Shown here piece by piece: positions 27,503 through 37,588 of a DNA stretch of 64,000 nt. How positions within the stretch are numbered: position 1 is the first letter of the stretch; each line of letters starts with the position of its first letter. The notes below the pieces were generated by a model. That model was not told the origin of the DNA. It saw only the letters and a program-made list of their open reading frames with translations, and did no database searches. Position numbers and translations under genes: made by a program. This DNA comes from Chloroflexota bacterium (lineage in GTDB: Bacteria; Chloroflexota; UBA11872; UBA12225; JAJDUF01), in the NCBI GenBank assembly GCA_965214295.1, contig OZ243944.1:1653395-1717394 (forward strand), in the 5' to 3' direction.

Positions 27503-29227
27503 TTAGGCCAGGTCGCTCAACCGGTAGTATTGGGTGGGAGTGCAAAACAGCGCTTGAGGATTGGTGCGCTCCAGGGCGCCAAATGTCGTTCGACGGAGCG
27601 AGCTACTATCGGTAGTAAAGCCCAACAACCGGGCAGTGGTCTCCGACCGGAAGGTCAGAGTAGTGCCTTGCGCGTCCTCGGCTACGAAAAGGGGGGTGTC
27701 CGCGGCGAGCGCGGGTGGGGCCGGCTCGGCATCGCTCGCGGTGACATCTCTGCGGAAGGGCGCGATCCGTGCTTCGGCCGCGCCGACGCTTTCCAGGAAC
27801 CCGAGCAGAGCGGCGTGCAGCTCGCGGGCTACGGCGGGATGCTCGGTGAGCACATTGCGCGCTTGTGCCGGATCGCTGCCCAGGTGATACAGCTCGGAGG
27901 GCTGACCGCGGGGGCTGGAGATCAGCGCCCACTCCTCCGTCGTCACCGTCAGCGCCTCTACCAGCCGGGTGGTGTCCGTATCGGTAGCAGCGGCTCCGTC
28001 GAAGGTAGCGACTTGGGTAGCTTGCCCTCGATGACCGGACATCAACGCGACCGGGAAGCGCCCACTGAAGGCGTGTGTGCGGATACGATCCGTCTCGCCG
28101 CGCACCAGCGGCCAGAGCGAGCGACCCTCCACCCCTGGCGGCGGTGCCACGTTCAGGAACTCCAAGATGGTGGATAGCAGGTCTACGTGCTGGGTCAGAC
28201 CGGCAATCCGTTTGCCGGCGCCGAGGCCTTGGGGGTGCCGGATCATCAGCGGGATGCGGATGCTTGGCTCGTAGAGTCGCCCCAACGTCCCACCCGGTTT
28301 GCCCTGCAAGTCGTGGTCGCCAAAGAGGTGGCCATGATCGGTGAGATGGACTACCAGGGTGTTGTCGGAAAGCCCTAGGACGTCCAGCTTGCCCAGTAGG
28401 TGCCCCAACCAGCGGTCGGACAGTGTGACCAGCGCGGCGTACAGGGCACGGACATGGTTATGCTCTTCCGGCGACAGGTAATCCGGACGCCCATATTGGG
28501 GATAGATCACCTGGTCGCCCGTGAAGGACCGATCGGCATAGCGAGCCACGTCGAACGCGGGGGCATCGAACGGCTCGTGGGGGTCCCACATATCTATGTA
28601 GAGCACAAATCCCGGTGGTCCTCCGGGCTGGCCCCGCCGATGGTTGCGCTCTAGCCAATCGGTCGCCGCCGAGATGGTGCGGGCGCACATCCAGTCCCGC
28701 TCGTATACGCGGCCGGCGGTGTTGCGGAGATACAACTGCGTGGCCGCCGGGCCTTGAAAACTGGATTGTCTCAGCTTATAGGGCGCAGCGGGCAACGGGA
28801 TTTCTACCGCGTCTACGTTGTAGCGGTCGGCGTGCTGGCCGCGAATCCACTCCCAACCGGCAAACCCACGGGTGAAGTTGTAGTCGTCATGGCCCAAGGC
28901 CGGCGTATCGAAGAACAGCACCGGCAGGTAGCCGGCGCCACTCACCAACTCGGACAACACCACGTCGTCCGGTGCCAACGGCTGCCAGGGCCGGTGGGGA
29001 AAGCTATAGCGCCCGGTAAAGATGTCGGTGCGACAGGGAATGGTCGGGTAGGACGAGACATAGAAGCGGTCGAACAGCGCCGATTGCGTGGCCAGCCGAT
29101 CCAGCTGGGGGGTGTGAATAAACGGCTCGTCGGCCGCGCGGCCCAGCCGGGTCCATGGCGCCGGATCGCCATACGCAGCAACGTGATCGCGCCGCAGGCT
29201 GTCATTCATCAGGATGATGACGTTCAT
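27503..29227 (-). CDS. sulfatase-family (alkaline-phosphatase superfamily) protein with Thr at the formylglycine position (T-I-P-C-R instead of C/S-x-P-x-R)
   Basis: gap-free 37-residue alignment to sulfatase consensus [24 protein letters not shown] places Thr where FGly-Cys belongs; first metal Asp pair reads ND. Confidence 0.7.
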   Translation of the reverse strand: MNVIILMNDSLRRDHVAAYGDPAPWTRLGRAADEPFIHTPQLDRLATQSALFDRFYVSSYPTIPCRTDIFTGRYSFPHRPWQPLAPDDVVLSELVSGAGYLPVLFFDTPALGHDDYNFTRGFAGWEWIRGQHADRYNVDAVEIPLPAAPYKLRQSSFQGPAATQLYLRNTAGRVYERDWMCARTISAATDWLERNHRRGQPGGPPGFVLYIDMWDPHEPFDAPAFDVARYADRSFTGDQVIYPQYGRPDYLSPEEHNHVRALYAALVTLSDRWLGHLLGKLDVLGLSDNTLVVHLTDHGHLFGDHDLQGKPGGTLGRLYEPSIRIPLMIRHPQGLGAGKRIAGLTQHVDLLSTILEFLNVAPPPGVEGRSLWPLVRGETDRIRTHAFSGRFPVALMSGHRGQATQVATFDGAAATDTDTTRLVEALTVTTEEWALISSPRGQPSELYHLGSDPAQARNVLTEHPAVARELHAALLGFLESVGAAEARIAPFRRDVTASDAEPAPPALAADTPLFVAEDAQGTTLTFRSETTARLLGFTTDSSSLRRTTFGALERTNPQALFCTPTQYYRLSDLA

Positions 29228-29720
29228 GCTCGGAGGCCTCCGCTGGGGAGATGGACCGGTGGAACGACTCTGCGTATGGTTCGGGACGAAGCTGCCGGCT
29301 CGCAGCCGACAGTGTTCTAGCGCTCTGCTCCTCCTTCTCTAGTGGACATTTCCCATATCAACCGACCGGCGCACGGCAACTCTTGATGGAGGGGATGCTA
29401 CAAGCATCTTCCGACCATGTCAAGACTTGCCGTAGCGCAACGCACGCAATCATCATCGGTTGAGCGTCATTGATCGTCGTGCAAAGCCGCTCCAGGGTAG
29501 GGGCACGACATCTGCGCCCCACAAGCGGTATTTCCGCATGTTTTTATCGTTTGCAGGTCCTTGTCAGTCGGCCCCGACCGCTGTATGCTAAGGCCACTGT
29601 CCGTGCCGCCAGGGAATACGGGGCACGGGCGGAAGCGCCTGAAGCTCGCCGGGCGTCGCGTCACTGGGCGAGCGCAGCAGCCGCTCCCCCTGGGGAGCGC
29701 GTGGCGAGAGGGAGAAGCCA

Positions 29721-31304
29721 ATGGCAAGCGTGATTCGCCGACGGTATCTGGGAGGCGCCGCCGCTGCGTTGGGTGGTCTGCTGGCCGTCGCCTGTGGCGA
29801 GATCGAAGTCCGCTACGTGCAAGGGCCGGCGGGGCCGGCGGGACCAGCGGGCGCGCAGGGCGAGCGGGGCGCGACCGGCGCGGCTGGTGCCAAGGGGGCC
29901 ACCGGGTCAGCGGGGCAAACGCAGACGATCGTGCAGGAGAAGGTGGTCACGGTCGAAAAGCCGGTGGTCGTGGAGAAGGTAGTCACCGTCGACCGGCCGG
30001 TGGTCGTCGAGAAGACGGTCGAGGTGCCGGCCAAGGCGGCACCGCTGCGGCGGGTCGTCCTGTGGACCTACTTCTGGCGGGCCGGTGCCAACATGAGCGA
30101 GCGCGGTACCGGCTTCCTGGACCTGACCAACCGGTGGAACGCGCAAGGCACGAACATCACGATGGGCCTGGAGGCGCTATCCGGGCAGGGCAAGACGAAT
30201 ACTGCCAAGGTGATTGCCAGCTACGCGGCGGGCGTGCCGCCCGATCTGCTGCACAGCGCCTATTGGGACAAGGGCGTGTATGGAATCCGCGACATGGTGG
30301 TGGAGCTGGAGGGGACGTTCATCAAGGCGGACAAGGAGTATGCCGCCACGATGGATGACTTCTACCCCCACCTGTTGGAGTCGAGCTACTGGCAGGGCAA
30401 GTTGTGGAGCCTGCCCCAGGAAACGAACTCCAACCTGCCCTACACGAACCTCGCCTACGTGCGGGAAGCAGGCCTGGACACGCTGAAGCTCGGCTACACC
30501 TGGGACGACTGGGTGGAGTACCTGAAAAAGCTCCAGCAGTTCCTCGGCCCCGGTATCGAGACCGGTAAGTGGGCGATGACCGGCTTGGTACAGCGCGCCT
30601 CGGGCTTCATCAATCTGCTGAAGGAGAACGGCGGCGAATACTTCAACGAGGACCGGACGAAAGTCGCCTTCAATAGCCCGGAGGGGGTGGAGGCGATGCA
30701 GTATACCGCTGACTTGGTGCATAGGCACCAGGTCCATGCGCCGCACCCGGACATCATCAAGGCCGCCGGGTTGGAAAACCCCAACTTCCCCAGCGGTACC
30801 ATCGCCATGGAATGGGAGACAAGCGCGTATCGCGTGGTGCAGTGGGCCGAGCGGATCGGCGGCTTGGAGAACATGTACGTTGCGCCCTCCCCCACCAAGA
30901 AGCAGCCGTTCATCGCCAACCTGGGCCAGAACACGGCCATGTTCAAGACCAGCAGCCAGCAACAGGATGCTGCTTGGCAGGTCATGCGCTGGCTCACGAG
31001 TACGGAACCGGCAGCGCATTACGCGGCCGTGACGTTCTTCCTGCCGCCGCGCAAGTCGGTGCTGACGACGCCGGAGTACGCGCAGAATCTCAAGGACGTG
31101 CCGCAGTTCAAGACCTTCGTGGATGCGCTCGAGTACGGGTACCGGCCGTTCCACCCCGAGTTCCCCGAGATCTATGGCACCTTCCAAAACCTAGTATCGC
31201 GGCCGAGTTGGAAGGAGCTGCGCTCGGTGAAGGACGACTTGGACGAGGCGGCCCGCGTCATCAACGCCAAGCTCGACGAGTTCCAGCAGCGGACCGGCTC
31301 GTAG
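29721..31304 (+). CDS. ABC-transporter extracellular solute-binding lipoprotein (family 1, sugar-type) with N-terminal collagen-like GXY repeats and VVEK repeats
   Basis: lipobox LAVACG; GPAGPAGPAGAQGERGATGAAGAKGATGSAGQ (11 GXY); EKVVTVEKPVVVEKVVTVDRPVVVEKTVEV; SBP_bac_1-like body; no permease genes adjacent. Confidence 0.8.
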   Translation: MASVIRRRYLGGAAAALGGLLAVACGEIEVRYVQGPAGPAGPAGAQGERGATGAAGAKGATGSAGQTQTIVQEKVVTVEKPVVVEKVVTVDRPVVVEKTVEVPAKAAPLRRVVLWTYFWRAGANMSERGTGFLDLTNRWNAQGTNITMGLEALSGQGKTNTAKVIASYAAGVPPDLLHSAYWDKGVYGIRDMVVELEGTFIKADKEYAATMDDFYPHLLESSYWQGKLWSLPQETNSNLPYTNLAYVREAGLDTLKLGYTWDDWVEYLKKLQQFLGPGIETGKWAMTGLVQRASGFINLLKENGGEYFNEDRTKVAFNSPEGVEAMQYTADLVHRHQVHAPHPDIIKAAGLENPNFPSGTIAMEWETSAYRVVQWAERIGGLENMYVAPSPTKKQPFIANLGQNTAMFKTSSQQQDAAWQVMRWLTSTEPAAHYAAVTFFLPPRKSVLTTPEYAQNLKDVPQFKTFVDALEYGYRPFHPEFPEIYGTFQNLVSRPSWKELRSVKDDLDEAARVINAKLDEFQQRTGS

Positions 31305-31463
31305 CGGCGCTGGCCGGCAAGCGAGCGAGAGCATACGCCGCCGGGTTTGTCCTGGTGGCGTATTGCGTTGTTTGGCCTTCAGCCATCAGCCATCGGTGGG
31401 CCGGCGGGAGCCTCGCCGCTCGCGGTACGCTGCTGGTTGACCACTTCCACAGGGAGGCACTTC

Positions 31464-32474
31464 GTGACGAAAGCGGCATTGATCGGCTGCGGTGGGATGG
31501 GGCGTGGCCATGCGCGGAGCGCCCCGCAGCATGGTGTTGAGGTGGTGGCCTTCTGCGATGTTATCGCGGCGGCTGCCGAGCGGGCGCGGGCAGAGTTTGG
31601 CGGTCGCTACGCCACCACGGACGCCGGCCGGATTATGCGCGACGACAGCATTGATCTGGTCATCATTGCCACGCACCATGACGCCCACCATCCGCTGGCG
31701 GTGGCCGGGGCGCGGGCCGGCAAGCAGTTGCTCGTGGAAAAGCCGCTGTGCCAGACCCGTGAGCAGGCTGTCGAGGTGGCCGAGGCGGTGGACAAGGCCG
31801 GGGTCAAGCTGATCGTCAACTGCAAGTTCCGCATTGCGCCCACGGTGCAGAAGGCGAAGGAGCTGATACCCCATCCCCGAATCAGTCACGGTCAGCTGGC
31901 GACCGCCAACTACGCGCACAAACCGCCGGGCGCCGGCGGCTCCACTTGGATATGGGACAAGGACGATGGTGGTGGACTGCTCATTAGCACGGCAGTCCAT
32001 ACCGTTGACCTGCTTGCCTACCTGATGGGCAGCGCCGCCGACCGGGTGTACGCCGAGGGGCGGCTGTTCGACCCCCAGAACAAGGGCACCGCCGGGTATC
32101 CCGATGGGTTGGTGGGAACGATCCTGTGGCGGAACGGCGCGCTCTCCACGGTGATTAGCACCGATCAAGGTGTCGGCTACAATCCTCTCGTCTCCAAGTG
32201 GTTTCACGAGCTGTGGGACGGCGAGCGCAGCGCCGTGTTCACCGCGCATACCGGCCGCGTGGACTTCGGTGGCTGCGACATCTCCTACCTCGACACGCAG
32301 GAGCTGCCCGCCGGGGAGCGGCGCAAGGCCTCCATGCTGCTCGATCTGCTGGAGGCGATCCGCACCGACGGCGAGACGCTATGCGACGCGCATGATGGCG
32401 TGCAGACCGTCTCCATCTGCAACGCCCTCGACGCGGCCGCCCGCACCGGCCGGCCCCAGACCGTGCCGAGCTAA
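31464..32474 (+). CDS. Gfo/Idh/MocA family oxidoreductase
   Basis: GTG start with RBS AGGGAGG; ALIGCGGMGRGHA Rossmann motif, EKP motif. Confidence 0.8.
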   Translation: MTKAALIGCGGMGRGHARSAPQHGVEVVAFCDVIAAAAERARAEFGGRYATTDAGRIMRDDSIDLVIIATHHDAHHPLAVAGARAGKQLLVEKPLCQTREQAVEVAEAVDKAGVKLIVNCKFRIAPTVQKAKELIPHPRISHGQLATANYAHKPPGAGGSTWIWDKDDGGGLLISTAVHTVDLLAYLMGSAADRVYAEGRLFDPQNKGTAGYPDGLVGTILWRNGALSTVISTDQGVGYNPLVSKWFHELWDGERSAVFTAHTGRVDFGGCDISYLDTQELPAGERRKASMLLDLLEAIRTDGETLCDAHDGVQTVSICNALDAAARTGRPQTVPS

Positions 32475-32657
32475 CAGGTGGTCGGTGGTTCCGGCCGTCA
32501 TTGCGGCGGAAGCTGCAATCCAGTTCATGCGGAGGGCGCAGCGCGCATTTCCCCTTGCGGCCCGATCCAGGCTAAACTCACTGCGGCGCTAGTGCTCCGT
32601 TCCTCCTGCTCATCACAAGTAGCGGGGCACTGAGGCAGCCGGTCCGAGGAGGAGACG

Positions 32658-33425
32658 ATGGGAGCAACACCAGAGATGGCTGGACAGGTCGCAATTGTCA
32701 CGGGCAGCGCGTCGGGGATCGGTCGCGCGTCGGCGCTGGCGTTCGCTCGCGCCGGCGCCCGTGTGGTCGTCAACTACAGCCGGTCCGCGGACGAAGCGCA
32801 GGAAACGGCGGACCTGGTGCGCGACGCCGGGAGCGAGGCGCTGGTGATCCAGGCCAACGTCGCCAACGCGGCGGAAGTTGACGCCCTGGTCCAGCAGACG
32901 CTTGACGCCTGGGGACGGGTGGACGTGCTGGTCAACAGCGCCGGTACGACGGTTTTCAAGCCGTACACGAGCCTGGAGGACCTCGACGCGCTCACCGAGG
33001 CCGACTGGGACCGGGTGCTGGCGGTGAACGTCAAGGGGGTCTACTTTGCCTCCAAAGCGGTCGCTGCCCCGATGAAGGCACAGGGCAAAGGCGCCATCAT
33101 CAATATCTCCTCCGTCTCTGCCCTCAAGCCCGTCGGTAGCTCCATCCCGTACTGCGCGTCCAAGGCTGCCGTCCTCTCCTTGACCCAGACGATGGCCTTG
33201 GCGCTCGCTCCGGAAATCCGCGTCAACGCCATCGCCCCAGGGTTCGTGGCCACGCGCTGGTGGACCGGTCGAGAAGACATCGGCCCGGCTTTGGCGGCGA
33301 CTACGCCGTTGCAGCGTGGCGGCACGGCCGAGGATATTGCCGAGCTGGTCTACTTTCTCGCCACGAGCGCCGGCTTCACGACCGGAGAGACGCTCGTCGC
33401 CGACGGTGGGCGCACCCTGCGGTAG
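32658..33425 (+). CDS. SDR-family oxidoreductase (3-oxoacyl-ACP reductase-like)
   Basis: TGSASGIGRA cofactor motif, NSAG, YCASKAA catalytic motif. Confidence 0.85.
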   Translation: MGATPEMAGQVAIVTGSASGIGRASALAFARAGARVVVNYSRSADEAQETADLVRDAGSEALVIQANVANAAEVDALVQQTLDAWGRVDVLVNSAGTTVFKPYTSLEDLDALTEADWDRVLAVNVKGVYFASKAVAAPMKAQGKGAIINISSVSALKPVGSSIPYCASKAAVLSLTQTMALALAPEIRVNAIAPGFVATRWWTGREDIGPALAATTPLQRGGTAEDIAELVYFLATSAGFTTGETLVADGGRTLR

Positions 33426-33456
33426 GGACTCCACCTGCCGTTTTCGGCGAGCAAGC

Positions 33457-34980
33457 CTACAGAACCCCGCGCCGGGCCGTTGCGGGTGGTTGTGGGTCGG
33501 GGCGGAGCGGCGGTGGTGAGCTGCGCCTGAGCAGCACGTTGGCCGCGTAGGGGCGTCCGCTGTACGGGTCGTCGAGCATCAGCATCCACTCCCACAGCCG
33601 ATCTGCCAGCCGCTCATAGGTAGTGCGGTGGCTTTGGTCGTGGGCCAGGTTGTGCAGTTCGTGAGGGTCGCGGTCCAGATCGTACAGCTCATCGAAATCG
33701 AAGGCGTTGAAGACGAATTTGTAGCGGCCGTCGAGGAGTTGCCGCTGCGTGAAGTTGAAGATGTTGCCGTGATCCTCCATGAACAGCTCGCGCCGCTCCA
33801 GGGCCGCCGCAGCATCCGGCTTGCCGGTCAGGACCGGCAGCAGCGACCGGCCGTGACACGACGCTAACGGCTGGGCACCGGCGATCTCCAGGTAGGTCGG
33901 ACCGAGGTCGAGGGTGCGCGCATAGGCATCGCACACCGATCCCGGTGCGATCATCCCTGGCCAACGCATCAGCAGTGGCATGCGGTGGGTCTCCTCATAG
34001 GGGTACACGTCCTTGAACCACAGTCCATGCGCGCCCATCATGTCGCCGTGATCGGACGTGAATACGACCAAGGTGTGCTCGGCTTGGTCACTTTCGTCGA
34101 GGAACGCCAGCAGCTTGCCTATGAAGTGGTCAATCATCGTGCAGTAGCCCCAATAATGGGCGATGGACTTGCGGGTATGCTCCTCCGTGATCTCACCGAA
34201 CCACGACTCTCGGACGCGGCGCACGTAGGCCGGCTTACCCTCACCGGTGTCGTGGTAGCTTGCCGGCAGAGGCACGTCGCGCCAGTCATACAGCGAGGCA
34301 TACGGCTCCGGCACCAGGTAGGGGTTGTGCGGGCCGGTGAAGTTGGTCCATAGGAACCACGGGCGCTCGTCCGGCTCGTCGGTCAGCGCGCGCAACTGCT
34401 CCAGCCCGGCCGCGGCCTGCAACGCCGTGCCGGTGGCCTCGGGTGCCCCGGCTGCTCGTCCGTAATGCCGCCAGTAGAGACCGCCGGCATCGGTGAATCC
34501 CCACTCATCCGCGGCGGAGGTATTGGTAGCCCCGCTGGCGTTGCCACTCGCGCCGAGTCCCATCCGCCGCCGGTACGCGGCAGCGTCGAATTGCCGGTTT
34601 TCGCTGTCGAAACCGAGATCGGCGGGCCCCTGCGTCCAGCCGACGTGCCACTTACCGACGTAGCGCATCCGGTAGCCCGCCTCGGACAACTGCCTCCCCC
34701 ACGTGGCGCACTCGGGACGGATTTCGCGGGCGATGGCATAGGGCACGTGGCAGTTGTTCAACATGCCGTGCGCGTGCGGGTACAGGCCGGTGACGACGGA
34801 GGCCCGTGCTGGTGAGCAGGGCGTAGTGGCGGTATAGGCACGGCGGAACCAACTGCCCTCCGCGGCCAGCCGCTCCAGTGCCGGTGATCGGCCGGGTGCC
34901 GCTGGGCCGGCCGTTGCGTACTGCTGCTGGTCGGTCATAATCATCAGGACGTTCGGGCGTGCAGGGGGCTGTGTGCTCAT
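33457..34980 (-). CDS. formylglycine-dependent sulfatase (arylsulfatase family)
   Basis: canonical TPCSPARASVVTGLYPHAHG motif. Confidence 0.85.
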   Translation of the reverse strand: MSTQPPARPNVLMIMTDQQQYATAGPAAPGRSPALERLAAEGSWFRRAYTATTPCSPARASVVTGLYPHAHGMLNNCHVPYAIAREIRPECATWGRQLSEAGYRMRYVGKWHVGWTQGPADLGFDSENRQFDAAAYRRRMGLGASGNASGATNTSAADEWGFTDAGGLYWRHYGRAAGAPEATGTALQAAAGLEQLRALTDEPDERPWFLWTNFTGPHNPYLVPEPYASLYDWRDVPLPASYHDTGEGKPAYVRRVRESWFGEITEEHTRKSIAHYWGYCTMIDHFIGKLLAFLDESDQAEHTLVVFTSDHGDMMGAHGLWFKDVYPYEETHRMPLLMRWPGMIAPGSVCDAYARTLDLGPTYLEIAGAQPLASCHGRSLLPVLTGKPDAAAALERRELFMEDHGNIFNFTQRQLLDGRYKFVFNAFDFDELYDLDRDPHELHNLAHDQSHRTTYERLADRLWEWMLMLDDPYSGRPYAANVLLRRSSPPPLRPDPQPPATARRGVL

Positions 34981-35167
34981 GGGTGCTGCACCTCCTGGGC
35001 TACTCGACGTGGCTGCTTCCGTTATGCTGGGATACTATCTGATGGGTTCGACCGTCCCCGGCTCTCTCCTATGGAGGGAAGGGGGGTCTTGAAGGCGACC
35101 GGCAGCCCTTTCCCTTCACGGAGGGGGTAAAGGGAGGCGTGTGCGCCGGGCACCAAGGAGCTTGCAA

Positions 35168-36304
35168 GTGAAGATCACCGCTGTCAAGACGTTCCTCGTG
35201 GATGCGTCGCCGCCGGGTGGCTGGAGTGGTGGTGGGCGCAACTGGCTGTTCGTCAAGGTCGAGACCGACGCCGGCATCTACGGACTTGGCGAGGCGAGCG
35301 GCTGGCCGCGCGTTGTCCGGACGGCTATCCAGGACCTCACCCCCGTCGTGGTCGGCGAGGACCCGGGCCGGATCGAGTATCTCTGGCAGAAGATGCTGCT
35401 GGCCATGATGGGGCACGGGATGACCGGCGTCGTGGGCGGCGGGGCGATGACCGGCATCGAGATTGCTCTCTGGGACATCCTGGGCAAGAAGCTCGGCGTA
35501 CCGGTATGTGACTTGCTGGGCGGTCGCCTGCGGGACCGCGTCCGCGTCTATGCCCACGCCAGCACCCCGGAGCGCGCACAGGAGCTAATCGAGCGCGGCT
35601 ATACCTGCTTCAAGTGCGGCAGCTTGCAGCACCCGGTCAGGACTGTCAAGACTCTGCGGGAGGCCGTCGGCGACGATATTGACTTGTGCATTGACGTGCA
35701 TGGGCCGCCCTGGTTTAGTGTGCCCGATGCCATCCGGGTTGGGCAGGCGCTCGAAGAGTACGGGCTGCTGTTCTACGAAGACCCCGTGCCGCCCGAAAAT
35801 ATCGAGTCGCTGGCAAAGGTGGCACGAGCCATAGACGTGCCCCTTGCCTGCGGCGAGCGGTCCAGCACCATCTACGGCTTTCGCGAGCTGATCGAGCGCG
35901 ACATCGTGGACGTGATCCAGCCCGATACCGGCCGCGCCGGGGGCCTGTTGCAGATGAAGAAGGTCGCCGCTCAGGCCGAGGCACACCACATCATGGTCGC
36001 TCCCCACGACGGGTCGCTCGGACCGATTGCCGAGGCGGCAGCGGTGCAGCTGATGGCCACGCTGCCCAACTTTCTCATCTTGGAGCACATGGCCGACGAC
36101 GTACCCTGGCGGTACGAGCTAATCGAAGAGTTTCCGCTGCACGACAGCCACTTCAGCGTGCCCGACCGCCCCGGCCTCGGCATCGAGCTAAACGAAGCGG
36201 TCGCCCGCGCCCATCCCGGCGGGTCGAACGTCAACCGACCGGGGCCGGCAGTACGCACCTACGTCGAATCACGCCTGAGCCGCCGCCGGCTGACGCAGCC
36301 GTAG
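35168..36304 (+). CDS. enolase-superfamily (MR/MLE) sugar-acid dehydratase
   Basis: GTG start (MKITAVKTFLV) with RBS AAGGAG; IALWDILGK; DxH/E/D metal ligands. Confidence 0.8.
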   Translation: MKITAVKTFLVDASPPGGWSGGGRNWLFVKVETDAGIYGLGEASGWPRVVRTAIQDLTPVVVGEDPGRIEYLWQKMLLAMMGHGMTGVVGGGAMTGIEIALWDILGKKLGVPVCDLLGGRLRDRVRVYAHASTPERAQELIERGYTCFKCGSLQHPVRTVKTLREAVGDDIDLCIDVHGPPWFSVPDAIRVGQALEEYGLLFYEDPVPPENIESLAKVARAIDVPLACGERSSTIYGFRELIERDIVDVIQPDTGRAGGLLQMKKVAAQAEAHHIMVAPHDGSLGPIAEAAAVQLMATLPNFLILEHMADDVPWRYELIEEFPLHDSHFSVPDRPGLGIELNEAVARAHPGGSNVNRPGPAVRTYVESRLSRRRLTQP

Positions 36305-36406
36305 CCCCTTGGTAGCCGGAGACGACACAGGCTATCATCTGGGGTATTGGGAAGAGGTTCGCCTATCTGGACGCACTCCGCCTCGCGCGGTGGAGAGGCA
36401 AGCGAG

Positions 36407-37588
36407 ATGACTGAGGCATTTGTCACGCCGGAAATCATCACGTGGGCACGGGGCCGCTTCAAGTGGGACCACGAGATGCTCGCAAAACGAGTGGGCGTCA
36501 ACGTGCGTACCGTCATTGCCTGGGAAACTGGCAAGAAGCGCCCCACTCAGCGGCAAGCGACCAAGCTCGCCGCCAAACTTCACGTTCCCTTGGGGTATCT
36601 GTGGCTCAACGCGCCACCAGCACTTGAGGTACCGATACCTGATCTTCGCACTGTTAGCGGTGTCGGGCCCCAGCCACCCAGCGCAAACTTTATAGATGTT
36701 CTGTACGATGCACGTAGAAAACAGCAATGGTATCGAGAATACTTGCAGAGCGAGGGGGCACGACCACTCCCATTTGTGGGCAGATTTCCTCTGAAATATG
36801 ATCCTAGATTCGGTGATGTTGCTGATGACATGAGAGCTACTATAGGCGTTGATAATGCACGACAGAAATCCAAGAAACACCTTCAATTTCTCGGTTTTCT
36901 TGCGGAAAATGCAGATAAAATAGGGATACTTGTATTGCGGAGTGACAAGGTGGGGAATAACACACGCCGAAAAATAAATGTTGATGAATTTCGTGGCTTT
37001 GCGTTCGTTGATGACTTAGCACCACTGGTTTTCATCAACAGTGCCGATACTCCTGCTGCCAGGATATTCACACTGGCGCATGAGCTTGCTCACGTGTGGA
37101 TCGGAGAAAGCGGAATATCTAACCCAACCGCAATCGGCATGGTTTTGCAGAAGGATAATCGCATCAATCGCTTCTGTAATCAGGTTGCGGCCGAGCTTCT
37201 TATACCAGCTGCGAGTTTTGTGGAAAAATGGCAACAAGGTGGAAATGTCGAAGAAAACATAACGGCGATGAGCGAATTCTATCACGTGAGCCGCACTGCG
37301 GTCCTGATTCGAGCCTATGAGCATGAGCTTCTGCCTGATGAAATCTATCGTCTTAAGCTTGAGCGACTGCAGCAATGGGAAATTCAGGAGCCTCAAGGTG
37401 GTGGCGGGAGTTTCTGGAACAACTTCCTTGCCAGCAATAGCCACACCTTGGTTCACGCGGTGCTTACCTCTGCCGCGGAGGGCCGCATTTCCGAGCGTGA
37501 TGCGGCAACCTTGCTAAGTCTCACCAATCGTAAGACGCTGAGATCGGCACAAGAGAAATTCATTCGTAGGCAGGTAGTCGGTGCCTGA
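36407..37588 (+). CDS. XRE-type HTH fused to ImmA/IrrE-family (DUF955) zinc metallopeptidase
   Basis: HTH (LAKRVGVNVRTVIAWETGKK), HEXXH (AHELAHVW); RBS GGAGAGG; ~50% GC. Confidence 0.75.
   Translation: MTEAFVTPEIITWARGRFKWDHEMLAKRVGVNVRTVIAWETGKKRPTQRQATKLAAKLHVPLGYLWLNAPPALEVPIPDLRTVSGVGPQPPSANFIDVLYDARRKQQWYREYLQSEGARPLPFVGRFPLKYDPRFGDVADDMRATIGVDNARQKSKKHLQFLGFLAENADKIGILVLRSDKVGNNTRRKINVDEFRGFAFVDDLAPLVFINSADTPAARIFTLAHELAHVWIGESGISNPTAIGMVLQKDNRINRFCNQVAAELLIPAASFVEKWQQGGNVEENITAMSEFYHVSRTAVLIRAYEHELLPDEIYRLKLERLQQWEIQEPQGGGGSFWNNFLASNSHTLVHAVLTSAAEGRISERDAATLLSLTNRKTLRSAQEKFIRRQVVGA

Noticed and set aside
35000-35140. Possible tRNA or riboswitch upstream of the dehydratase gene (gggttcga; GGGAAGGGG...CCCTTTCCC pairing)
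   Set aside because: No acceptor-stem complement or anticodon-arm geometry around the TTCGA. The paired segment could be a leader hairpin, but I cannot match any known riboswitch class by eye.
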